A DNA stretch of 45,070 nucleotides from positions 1 to 45,070 of the IMG/VR virus record IMGVR_UViG_3300037963_003539; one strand, written 5' to 3'. The notes beneath the pieces were generated by a model. It made no database searches. It was not told the origin of the DNA and saw nothing but the letters and a program-made list of their open reading frames with translations. Every line of letters starts with the position of its first letter. Within the stretch, counting starts at the first letter, position 1. The stretch is from a virus (Duplodnaviria > Caudoviricetes). A program made the position numbers and the translations under genes. This document shows positions 37,131 through 45,070 of this stretch, in pieces.

Positions 37131-37603
37131 TGAACAAAGTAAAAATGACCTTTAAAGATTGGGACTGTGAACTGGTTGTAAGACCTTACATGGATCCCCC
37201 TTTGGCTTGTATTCAACTAAATGGTGCCGAAGGTACTAGCTATGAACACGAGCCAATAGCGATAGCAACTTGTAATTTACCTGAACAGTGGGAAGAATTC
37301 TGTGATGCTGTGCGTTCTCATGATGTTGCTAGTCCTTCAATGAATATAACTAGGGATACCAAAGAGTTTCGTGGGCCTTTGCCTTTGACCTTTATCAAAG
37401 ATTATTCAGAGAACGAAGGTATGTTGAATGCCTTGTTTGCCCATGACATTTGCGTGGGTTTCAATCCAGACGGAGAAGAAACGAAAGACCCTGATGACAT
37501 GCTGTGGTTTCACAATGGCTTCATTTCGGCACCACTCGTGGCTATTTGTAATCTAACTTTGGCTAAACAATATCGTGAAGCCTTTTCTGGGAGAAAACTA
37601 TGA
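37130..37603 (+). CDS. DUF4313-like hypothetical protein
   Basis: P.AIATCNLP...FIKDYSENEGML.AL motif. Confidence 0.6.
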   Translation: MNKVKMTFKDWDCELVVRPYMDPPLACIQLNGAEGTSYEHEPIAIATCNLPEQWEEFCDAVRSHDVASPSMNITRDTKEFRGPLPLTFIKDYSENEGMLNALFAHDICVGFNPDGEETKDPDDMLWFHNGFISAPLVAICNLTLAKQYREAFSGRKL

Positions 37604-37788
37604 AGATAAGAGATAATTTATTAACTCTTACTTGGAAAGCTCAGCATCCAATTAAGTACAAACTAATGAAAGCAGGAGCGTGGGTACTAGCGATTTTGTT
37701 ACTACCCCTCATTTTAACTTACTTTACTTACATTATATGGAGAGACAACAATGAAAAATCTTATGCCTGTAAAAAGAATGCATCTTAG
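37600..37788 (+). CDS. Small membrane protein
   Basis: 62 aa, one TM helix, ATGA overlap. Confidence 0.6.
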   Translation: MKIRDNLLTLTWKAQHPIKYKLMKAGAWVLAILLLPLILTYFTYIIWRDNNEKSYACKKNAS

Positions 37789-38155
37789 CGATAGCATTGA
37801 CCTTTATGAGTTATCAAAAGTTGCCGACATTTATTCGGTTGGTTTTGGTGGTGCTTATGCACAAATCATAGTGCGTTCGAAGAATACTTCCATTAAGTAT
37901 TCAATTGTTAATACTTGTCTATCAAGGCTTGTAGAACCTACTGAAGACTTGAATGACTGGGAAATAACATTGCATCCTTATACAGAAGATGTACATGTTA
38001 TTACTGGTTTAACTGCCAAGGAGATAATTGAGATTGTTGATACATCAATAGCAGAAGATTTTATCGACTTGGGAAATGGAGATGATGATGAACCAAAATC
38101 ATATACAGAACCAGTTGATGATGATTATAAAGCTTATCTTGCTGACAATGATTAA
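37751..38155 (+). CDS. Hypothetical protein with acidic C-terminus
   Basis: 134 aa, GGAG RBS. Confidence 0.7.
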   Translation: MKNLMPVKRMHLSDSIDLYELSKVADIYSVGFGGAYAQIIVRSKNTSIKYSIVNTCLSRLVEPTEDLNDWEITLHPYTEDVHVITGLTAKEIIEIVDTSIAEDFIDLGNGDDDEPKSYTEPVDDDYKAYLADND

Positions 38156-38157
38156 TG

Positions 38158-38190
38158 TACATAATGCTACGCCATTATTGTAAATATAGT
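38158..38190 (+). promoter_or_regulatory. Early hairpin element, copy 3
   Basis: TACA-TAAT-GCTACGC-C-ATTA-T-TGTA-AATATAGT; downstream leader nearly identical to that of copy 2. Confidence 0.7.
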
Positions 38191-38235
38191 TAAATTTTAA
38201 TAATTCTAATCTTAATTAAATATAGGAGTGAAATC

Positions 38236-38439
38236 ATGGCAATACCTGAAAATGTAATGCAATTCGTGGATATCCACGACCCAATGGAGCAGACTACACA
38301 TCAAGTTGAAGAGTCTGTATTTAGTAACTGGTGTCAAGAACATCAAGCAGAAGTTCACATCTTTATGGATGTGTATGGTCTGACTTATTCAGATGCCGAA
38401 AAACAAGCGTTCTTCTACTACAATGGAATACTCAATTAA
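38236..38439 (+). CDS. Hypothetical protein
   Basis: 67 aa, strong AGGAG RBS. Confidence 0.7.
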   Translation: MAIPENVMQFVDIHDPMEQTTHQVEESVFSNWCQEHQAEVHIFMDVYGLTYSDAEKQAFFYYNGILN

Positions 38440-38614
38440 AGTAGGAGACAAAGTTCAAGTTAAAGGTAAGTGCATATACGGGACAGTCGTCAAATGGCTG
38501 TCCCCAAGTAGAGTAGTTATCTGGGACGATGAGCTATCCCATCGAGTGGTTAGTCCTACAAGGAGTTACCACCCGAATCAACTCAAAAGAATTCAAGCTG
38601 ATTTATATGTATAA
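38423..38614 (+). CDS. Small SH3/KOW-like beta-barrel protein
   Basis: IKVGDKVQVKG...GTVV.W motif; start re-assigned to MEYSIK. Confidence 0.55.
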   Translation: MEYSIKVGDKVQVKGKCIYGTVVKWLSPSRVVIWDDELSHRVVSPTRSYHPNQLKRIQADLYV

Positions 38615-38686
38615 GCCAGCTGAATCGGTGTATTTGTGTAAGCAAATGCGTTTAATTAATCACTTAATATATTAGGAGTAAAAAAT

Positions 38687-39466
38687 ATGACAAGTGAATA
38701 CTTTGACCCAAGTGAGCAAGAGACTCAAGAACTCTTGCCTAAAGTTCAGTCTAGTCTAGCTGACGATACTGAAGATACTAACCGAGACCCTGAAGGTGTT
38801 GCTGAGCGTAATGCAAAAGCAGACATAGCATTGCCTGATTGGTACTTTCGCAAGCATGCGATAACAGACGACGGTAAGCCAACTTTCAATGTCACTGTTG
38901 TTGGTAAGATTATGGAAGTGTTTGACGCTAAGTTCGGCACTGACCTAGTCTTCAGAGACATTGACCTTGGTAAAGACAAGGACGGCAATGACAAAACCTT
39001 GACTGCTGAACAGCAACAAGAAACTTACGAACATGCAGTTAACGATATCGTAACTGGTATTCGTCATCTGTTGATTGTTGACCCTCAGTCCACTGGTCTT
39101 AACTTTCTACAGTTGACTACTAGAACTTGGTCTGAGTTCGTCAGTGTCTGTCATGAATATGCAGACTCAATGAGCAACCAAAAAGATGAAGAGATTCCTA
39201 CTTGGTTGATTGAGCGTGAAGAGAAGATGCTTGACCTTGGTCGCAAGGCAAGAATGTTGTCTTCTGCTTTGGCAATCATTGACAATGACTTTGGTTTGAA
39301 AGATGTCAAGATTCAGAAGTCCCGTGTTCAATCTGCTGTTGAGCAAAGATTGCAAAGACTTGCTGAGTGGAACTTCAAACAACAAGCTGACAACTCTGGC
39401 AAAGTCAACAGAGAGCTCAACGCTCAAGCTAATGCTCACATGCAAAGCATTGTAGACAACGCGTAA
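38687..39466 (+). CDS. Hypothetical helical protein, 259 aa
   Basis: Strong AGGAG RBS; long ORF; no recognised motif. Confidence 0.8.
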   Translation: MTSEYFDPSEQETQELLPKVQSSLADDTEDTNRDPEGVAERNAKADIALPDWYFRKHAITDDGKPTFNVTVVGKIMEVFDAKFGTDLVFRDIDLGKDKDGNDKTLTAEQQQETYEHAVNDIVTGIRHLLIVDPQSTGLNFLQLTTRTWSEFVSVCHEYADSMSNQKDEEIPTWLIEREEKMLDLGRKARMLSSALAIIDNDFGLKDVKIQKSRVQSAVEQRLQRLAEWNFKQQADNSGKVNRELNAQANAHMQSIVDNA

Positions 39467-39477
39467 GCGTTGCTATT

Positions 39478-39855
39478 AGTCTACCCCGACGGTAACGAAC
39501 GGAAAGTCGCTGTCGGGACTGACTCTAAAATTGCGGACTTTCCACCTATCGTGACTTAGATTGTTATCTAGATAACGTGTAACGGTTATACCTACTAGGT
39601 TGCGATAGGCACTGAAGAAGTGCACACAAAGTCCTAGCTAGCCTTATCCCTGTTTGAACGATACGTCCTAGCTAGGCACAGAATTTAAAGTCCTACGCTG
39701 TTATACGCACCACGTGGACGCTGGTTGATGCGGTTTTAGCTAAACAACCCCTCAGCGTAGGCACAGAATTCGGCTCAGTTTTCCCACAAGTCGAAGTTTA
39801 AGTAGAGAGCCGAATAGGTTCAAAATAAACCTTTTCATAACTACTTAAACTTCGC
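39478..39855 (+). ncRNA. Candidate structured RNA array (tandem stem-loops with shared CCTA...TAGGCAC(A/T)GAA base)
   Basis: ORF-free ~400 nt; stems with G-U pairs on the + strand; conserved stem bases with variable loops. Confidence 0.55.
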
Positions 39856-39877
39856 ATTAATTAATATAGGAGAGAAT

Positions 39878-40036
39878 ATGCAATATCGCAGTAATCTACC
39901 AAGACCCTTTAACAAGGGCAAAAAAATAGGGAACCGTAAGGTTATTTCATCAACTTCAGTGAATGGCAAAACTGTACGCCAACAAGTGGTGTATCAGATT
40001 GACGGTCAGTCACTTACAAGACATGAGAGAGTGTAA
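39878..40036 (+). CDS. Small basic protein, 52 aa
   Basis: MQYRSNLPRPFNKGKKIGNRKVISSTSVNGK...TRHERV after AGGAG; TAATG coupling to the next gene. Confidence 0.65.
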   Translation: MQYRSNLPRPFNKGKKIGNRKVISSTSVNGKTVRQQVVYQIDGQSLTRHERV

Positions 40037-40587
40037 TGGGCTTAGATATGATGGCTGGTTGGGCTGAACCTCAACCAAAACCAGAAAGCAATGTAGTGCC
40101 AATCAAAAAAGAAGAACTTGAAATTAATGCTGAGTTTGATTGGCGTAAACATTCTAGACTACATAACCTTATGCAGACTATTTGGTTCTGTAAAAAGTAT
40201 GAAGGTACACCTGTACCACCTGAGTCTGGAATAAACAGAACAAACTTCAACGAAGGCTTGGACGCTACAGCAGAAGATAAACTTTACATTCCAGAAGACC
40301 AAGAAGAGCGTGCTTTTCTTTATCGTGGTTTGACTGTAACCATTGGCACAGTGATACATGAGTTTAATTCTGGCGAGAATGTGCAGTTAGATAAAACAGA
40401 TATAAAAGTAATTCGTGACTTCGTAATGAACAACAGCTTACCTTTTTGTGCTGACGGCATGTTCTGGGGACATCAGTTTCAAGAAGATGCTATGAAAGAA
40501 TACAAAGACCAAGATTTAGAGTTTTGTGAAAAAGCTCTGAAATGGTTAGAAGAAGGTAAAGAAGTTTATTACACTTCTTGGTGGTAG
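40036..40587 (+). CDS. Conserved phage hypothetical protein (MGLD...WRKH..LH...Y.SWW family)
   Basis: Recognisable terminal motifs of a widespread phage family of unknown function. Confidence 0.75.
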   Translation: MGLDMMAGWAEPQPKPESNVVPIKKEELEINAEFDWRKHSRLHNLMQTIWFCKKYEGTPVPPESGINRTNFNEGLDATAEDKLYIPEDQEERAFLYRGLTVTIGTVIHEFNSGENVQLDKTDIKVIRDFVMNNSLPFCADGMFWGHQFQEDAMKEYKDQDLEFCEKALKWLEEGKEVYYTSWW

Positions 40588-40614
40588 GTTTTCTATATTT
40601 TCCCTACCGAACAC

Positions 40615-40670
40615 GGCTAGGACTGGCTCTCTCCCTAATACAAAAGCCAGTCCTAGCTTCTATATTTTTT
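40615..40670 (+). terminator. Rho-independent terminator
   Basis: 13-bp stem GCTAGGACTGGCT/AGCCAGTCCTAGC followed by a T-rich tail. Confidence 0.7.
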
Positions 40671-40691
40671 ATAAATTTTATCAAAGTCTGC

Positions 40692-41020
40692 CGTGTGTGC
40701 CTGCTCGTACATTCGGTTCCGGCCCGGCTATACCGCACCGCACTCCGTGCGTGCGCTAAGCCTAGCCTTCACCTGCATGTACCTTCGCACGTGTGCCATA
40801 TAAAGATGTGTGCCCGATAGCTTACGCTCGTACGCCCCGGGAAGGGCGTACCTTCGCACATCCGATAGGTTATACATACAAAGTTAGTCAAGCTAGCACG
40901 CCCCCCTGAAGGGCGTGCCTACGCTCATCCGATGCACTTTAAATGCCGAAATGTACTTAGTAACACTGAGTCAATAAGTTGCTCAGTACAAATCTTAGAT
41001 TTGTACCTTCGCTTAGTGAC
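40692..41020. repeat. Four GCT(C/A)-[stem-loop]-CT(T/A)CGC structured repeat units
   Basis: Stems GTACAT/ATGTAC, GTACGCCC/GGGCGTAC, GCACGCCC/GGGCGTGC, GTACAAATC/GATTTGTAC, each followed by CTTCGC or CTACGC. Confidence 0.7.
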
Positions 41021-41106
41021 TATTATTTACAAGGAGTCAAACTATGCAAATTATACAAAAACTGTTTCCTACTTTTTTTGGTGTATTTAACAAATTAGGA
41101 GGCCAT

Positions 41107-41295
41107 ATGGCTACGAGAATGTTTAGAGCTACATTTGTAGATTCTTTTTCACAAAATACTATTGTAGTGGAGTTTGAAGCTCCATTTCCAGTAGACGAGC
41201 AAGTTGATTACAAAAAGCTTGCGACCCAAAGGTTGGGCGAAATGATACGAAACGACTTAATTAAGATTCGTGATATTGAACCCATTGAAATATAA
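41107..41295 (+). CDS. Hypothetical protein
   Basis: MATRMF after AGGAGG; an in-frame upstream ATG at 41044 also has an AAGGAG RBS. Confidence 0.65.
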   Translation: MATRMFRATFVDSFSQNTIVVEFEAPFPVDEQVDYKKLATQRLGEMIRNDLIKIRDIEPIEI

Positions 41296-41316
41296 CTATT
41301 TGATAAGAGGAGTACT

Positions 41317-42351
41317 ATGTCAGATACAACAACAATGCAGACCGTTACAGCAACGGATCTCAAACAGGAGATACGCGATAACATGCGTATTGGACTTAAC
41401 ACTATGATATGGGGGGGACCAGGTATTGGTAAATCCGAGATTCCACAGCAAGTCGCTGATGAACTCAACATACCATTACTAGATTTTCGTGCCAATCTAT
41501 TCGACCCTGTCGATGTTCGTGGTATACCACGAGTGATTGATAATGAAACCTATGGTGCAATGACATCATGGGCACCACCAGATATTTTTCCTACCGAAGA
41601 AACGCACGGCCCTCGTGGTTTGTTCATGATTGACGAACTACCAACGGCACCACCTGCTACACAGAATGCGTTTCTACAACTTCTACTAACGCGTCAGGTT
41701 GGTAATTACAAAATGCCTGATGGTTGGTCATGTCTTGCTGCAGGTAATCGTCTAACAGACGGTGCCTCAGTCTACCAAATGCCCTCACCTGTAAGAAACA
41801 GACTGATGCATTACGAGCTTGAACCTAGCTTGGACGCTTGGTGCGAGTGGGCGATAAAGAACAAAGTAAATACTACTTTGGTTTCCTTTATGCGTTATCG
41901 TCCTAACCTTCTATACAGTTTCAAAGCTGATGAGTATGCTTTTCCTACTCCTCGAAGCTGGTCATTTGTCGACAAGCGTTTGAGACTAACAGATAACATG
42001 GACGATTCAAGATTGTTCTTTGGTATTGCTGGTGCTGTAGGCACAGGCCCTGCTGGAGAGTTTCTTGCGTTTGCAAAAATTGCAGACAAGTTGCCAGATA
42101 TTGACAACTTGATTGCTAACCCTAGTTCATACATGCCATCGGAGGATCCTGCGGTATTGTATGCACTTACAGGTGCAGTGGCTTCTAGAGCAAAAGAATC
42201 TACTCTAGAAAACATTATGAAACTTGGTAAGAAGATACCTACTGAGTTTCAGGTCGTTCTAGTCAAAAGCATTATTGCAATTGACAGAGCGTTATTTCAA
42301 CAACCTACGATACAAAGCTGGATTTCAGATAATTCAGATGTTGTATTGTAA
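41317..42351 (+). CDS. MoxR-like AAA+ ATPase
   Basis: Walker A GGPGIGKS, DVRGIP, Walker B FMIDEL, AAGNR, P.RNR, TPRSW. Confidence 0.9.
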   Translation: MSDTTTMQTVTATDLKQEIRDNMRIGLNTMIWGGPGIGKSEIPQQVADELNIPLLDFRANLFDPVDVRGIPRVIDNETYGAMTSWAPPDIFPTEETHGPRGLFMIDELPTAPPATQNAFLQLLLTRQVGNYKMPDGWSCLAAGNRLTDGASVYQMPSPVRNRLMHYELEPSLDAWCEWAIKNKVNTTLVSFMRYRPNLLYSFKADEYAFPTPRSWSFVDKRLRLTDNMDDSRLFFGIAGAVGTGPAGEFLAFAKIADKLPDIDNLIANPSSYMPSEDPAVLYALTGAVASRAKESTLENIMKLGKKIPTEFQVVLVKSIIAIDRALFQQPTIQSWISDNSDVVL

Positions 42352-42365
42352 CAACGGAGAAAATT

Positions 42366-43136
42366 ATGGCTACAGTTCGTATGTCAAACAAGCTCACAGT
42401 AGACCTCTGTAAAGAGTATGCAAAGAGCTATGAAAACACTAAACCAAAACCAGAGTACCCTGCGTCTCTTGGCGATGCTATCTATGACACTCATGTCAAA
42501 CCTATTATTGACAGAATCAAAGATGCAGCAAAGCTTAATGATGTAGAGTTCTTTGACCTTAACGAAGATGATGATGATGCATTTTTTATGAACGATAACG
42601 AGTTGCATGTAACGTTTGAAACAGAGTGTTACGATGAAAAAGAAAGAGACCCAGGATATGGCGATTTACCTTGGGAGTTGCAAAATCTAGTTCAAGAGTA
42701 TGAATGTAGAATTGATACACCAGAACTTCAAAGTGCAAACATGCCTCTTTCGGTAGAACAACCATTCTTAAAAGGTAGTTCTTATAGAACTCAACTAGCA
42801 TTCAATCTTTACCGAGCACCTCAAGACGAAGCGGTTCTCAAAGCTCTTGAGATATCTAATGAGAGACACATGTACGACATCAACAAACGAAATGAAGTCG
42901 CTAAGTTTGCTAAGATGTTGCTTCGTTTTCAAACGCTTAATCAAGCATTGAAAGCATGGCCCGGCGGTGCTTTGGCAGCTATGGTGCAAAAAGTTGACCC
43001 GGATAAAATGGTCACTATTCACAAGAAAACAGAGCGTAAAGCAAAAGCTAAACAAGACAAAGGCTTTGTCGAACAACATGCTGGCGACTTCAACGCTGTG
43101 ATTCTTGGTTCAACATTACTAGGAGATGATGACTAA
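42366..43136 (+). CDS. Hypothetical protein, possibly Nmad5-like
   Basis: N-terminal VRMS.KL and C-terminal QTLNQALKAWP resemble the Nmad5 T..L...WP signature. Confidence 0.5.
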   Translation: MATVRMSNKLTVDLCKEYAKSYENTKPKPEYPASLGDAIYDTHVKPIIDRIKDAAKLNDVEFFDLNEDDDDAFFMNDNELHVTFETECYDEKERDPGYGDLPWELQNLVQEYECRIDTPELQSANMPLSVEQPFLKGSSYRTQLAFNLYRAPQDEAVLKALEISNERHMYDINKRNEVAKFAKMLLRFQTLNQALKAWPGGALAAMVQKVDPDKMVTIHKKTERKAKAKQDKGFVEQHAGDFNAVILGSTLLGDDD

Positions 43137-43402
43137 TGGAATATAAAAAGAAAGAAACAAAATCAGAAACTCTTTCTGTTCGAATTAAACCAAGCACATA
43201 CAATAAGTTACAAAAACTTATGGATGCTATGTTTATGAAAAACCCAAGTGAGTTTGTAGAATTTGTTGCTGACCATTTGCATATACCAAATAAAGAAGTT
43301 TTGAAAGAGTATCTTGATACTATTAAAGAACTTGAAAAAAGGAAAAAGCATTTGCAAGCAAACCTAGAATTTCGCTTAAAACCAAAAGGAGTTAATGACT
43401 AA
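43136..43402 (+). CDS. Ribbon-helix-helix DNA-binding protein
   Basis: ETLSVRIKPSTYNKLQKL...SEFVE pattern. Confidence 0.55.
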   Translation: MEYKKKETKSETLSVRIKPSTYNKLQKLMDAMFMKNPSEFVEFVADHLHIPNKEVLKEYLDTIKELEKRKKHLQANLEFRLKPKGVND

Positions 43403-44514
43403 TGGAAGATATTAAAACAGCTTTTACCCGAGCGCGTTCTTCGTTGTTGTTGAAACAACCATTCTTCGGTACGCTCTGCCTTCGATTAGGAGCAGAGTTT
43501 ACCGAAGACATTCCAACAGCAGGAACAAACGGCGAAAAGCTACTAATCAATCCCACATTCTTTCTCAAGTGTACAGCTGAGCAAAGAGTTGGTTTGCTGG
43601 CTCACGAAGTTATGCATTGTGTTTACATGCATGTGCTTCGTCTCAATGAGCGTGACCCATTTCTTTGGAATGTGGCTGGCGACTATGTAATCAACCTAGT
43701 CGTCACTGACGCTGGCATGATATTGCCCGACGGCGGATTACTTGATGAAAAGTATCGTGATATGACTGCAGATGAGATTTACAACACTCTGCAACAAAAT
43801 GGTGGTCGAGATGCATTGTCTGGACTGTCTGACTTTGACGGTACTTGTGTCCAACCTAATCCATCTTTGACCGACAGTGGTTCACAAAGTAAACACGAGG
43901 CAGACATGCGAGTTGCAGTGCAACAAGCCGCTGAGACTGCTAAAGCACAAGGCAAACTACCTGGTAGCTTGTCTAAGCTGGTTGATGAGATTGTGTCGCC
44001 ACAAGTCAATTGGAAACAAAAGCTTGCACGATTCTTGAAAAGCAATAACAAATCAGATTACAGCTGGCAAAAACCTAATCGTAGGTTCGTTGCTAACGGT
44101 TTGTATCTGCCTAGTTTGTATTCACCATGTATCGAAGAGATTGGTGTCATCGTTGACACCTCTGGTTCGCGTACTGACGAAGAACTTAATCAAGACTTAG
44201 GCGAGATATCGTCTATGTTGGTTGATGCCAACGTAGAAAATGTTCGCTTTATGCAAGCAGATACAGATGTGACTGATGAGCAAACATTCACTCGTGAATC
44301 AATGCCTTTGAAAGTCACAATGCAAGGGCGTGGTGGTACAAGATTTGGGCCAGCTATTGCGGAAATGGCAGAGAAATATCCAAGTGTCTCTTGCCTTATT
44401 TATCTCACAGACTTGGAGTCAAATGACTTTGGGAGTGAACCACACTTTCCAGTTGTTTGGATAACTAATTCAGCTACGGAGGCTCCTTATGGAGAAATCA
44501 TCGAAGTCAATTAA
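43402..44514 (+). CDS. DUF2201-type metallopeptidase-vWA protein (MoxR partner)
   Basis: AHEVMH zincin, WNVAGDY.IN, MIDAS DTSGS, GRGGT.F, YLTD. Confidence 0.88.
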   Translation: MEDIKTAFTRARSSLLLKQPFFGTLCLRLGAEFTEDIPTAGTNGEKLLINPTFFLKCTAEQRVGLLAHEVMHCVYMHVLRLNERDPFLWNVAGDYVINLVVTDAGMILPDGGLLDEKYRDMTADEIYNTLQQNGGRDALSGLSDFDGTCVQPNPSLTDSGSQSKHEADMRVAVQQAAETAKAQGKLPGSLSKLVDEIVSPQVNWKQKLARFLKSNNKSDYSWQKPNRRFVANGLYLPSLYSPCIEEIGVIVDTSGSRTDEELNQDLGEISSMLVDANVENVRFMQADTDVTDEQTFTRESMPLKVTMQGRGGTRFGPAIAEMAEKYPSVSCLIYLTDLESNDFGSEPHFPVVWITNSATEAPYGEIIEVN

Positions 44515-44668
44515 ACATACAATTAAAAAGTATGTAAAAAATGGAGTTCTAATACTTCTTGGCACACTTGCAGTTGCTATCGTATTACAACATATTTTAA
44601 CGTTCATGTTACTAACTTGTTTAGTTGGTAGTATGGCATATCTATCAGTGAGGTATAACTATGTCTAG
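44489..44668 (+). CDS. Small membrane protein, 59 aa
   Basis: After GGAGG; MEKSSK...GVLILLGTLAVAIVLQHILTFMLLTCLVGSMAYL. Confidence 0.6.
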   Translation: MEKSSKSIKHTIKKYVKNGVLILLGTLAVAIVLQHILTFMLLTCLVGSMAYLSVRYNYV

Positions 44669-44813
44669 TGTAATCTCAAGTATCACAACAGCTTTGTGGA
44701 TACTTATCGAACTAATACAATTTGGCTACATGGCCTATCTAATGTGGAGGGACAGAAACAATGCTAACAATAGGAATATTCAGCGCGCTAGGTCTGCTTT
44801 TGCTAGCGCTTAA
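44661..44813 (+). CDS. Small membrane protein, 50 aa
   Basis: After GAGG; MSSVISSITTALWILIELIQFGYMAYLMW... Confidence 0.5.
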   Translation: MSSVISSITTALWILIELIQFGYMAYLMWRDRNNANNRNIQRARSAFASA

Positions 44814-45070
44814 GGCAGGTGGTCGTAAGACCATCGGCCATGATCTTTTTGCAGATGTATTGATTACAGCAACACTTATGGTTGCATTCTATGGGACTTA
44901 CAGTGGTATGACTGCTGCTATGGTTGGCGGTCTTACTGCTTCTCTTGTACTCTACGTTATGCGTAAGACTATGGTACATGAAAAACTAAAACTTAAGCCT
45001 GTAAACAAAAAAGCACTTGGTTTGAATTTTTCTGTACCTAAAGTAACATGGGAAACTAAACAACCAGACT
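44761..45070 (+). CDS. Multi-TM membrane protein, truncated by window edge
   Basis: After GGAGG; MLTIGIFSALGLLLLALK...DVLITATLMVAFYGTYSGMTAAMVGGL; open to the window end. Confidence 0.65.
   Translation, partial: MLTIGIFSALGLLLLALKAGGRKTIGHDLFADVLITATLMVAFYGTYSGMTAAMVGGLTASLVLYVMRKTMVHEKLKLKPVNKKALGLNFSVPKVTWETKQPD

Noticed and set aside
39545-39770. CRISPR or TIGR-like array
   Set aside because: Units vary in length, the constant parts are short stem bases rather than direct repeats, and no cas or Nop-domain gene is recognisable.
40036-40587. Metabolic-enzyme label sometimes attached to this MGLD...WW family
   Set aside because: No kinase or nucleotide-binding motifs are visible; kept as hypothetical.
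40578-40820. 80-aa ORF on the + strand
   Set aside because: Runs through a terminator and the structured repeat island; no RBS.
39467-41040. tRNA genes in the structured intergenic regions
   Set aside because: No cloverleaf with a GTTCRA T-loop and acceptor stem could be built.

Overview
This window is a ~45 kb segment of an AT-rich dsDNA tailed phage with podovirus-type (P22/N4-like) architecture. Its gene content resembles uncultured aquatic or marine phages; that is inference, and the host is not determinable from the sequence. Two arms diverge from an intergenic region at ~35.2-35.4 kb. The leftward (- strand) arm is the late module: HNH-like nuclease, small and large terminase, P22-like portal, scaffold, N4-gp56-like major capsid protein, two adaptor proteins, a GNAT-like protein, ejection (internal virion) proteins, tail-fibre genes, an M15 peptidase/holin lysis cassette, a gp10-like tail hub, an MscS-like protein and a run of very basic small proteins. 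The rightward (+ strand) arm holds small early-type genes and a MoxR AAA+ / Nmad5-like / RHH / metallopeptidase-vWA cluster. Highlights: (1) a 3622-aa ejection protein carrying a T4-type lysozyme, an ADP-ribosyltransferase-like domain, an AlkB-type 2OG-Fe(II) dioxygenase and a zincin peptidase; (2) three covarying bulged hairpins with a template-strand C-GTA-G loop upstream of early genes, reminiscent of N4 hairpin promoters; (3) two non-coding arrays of structured repeats (39.5-39.9 kb and 40.7-41.0 kb); (4) a 13-copy TGTACC iteron field; (5) a multi-hairpin leader before the capsid gene. No tRNA, rRNA, CRISPR array, integrase, polymerase or reverse transcriptase was seen. All domain calls are motif recognition by eye, not database searches.
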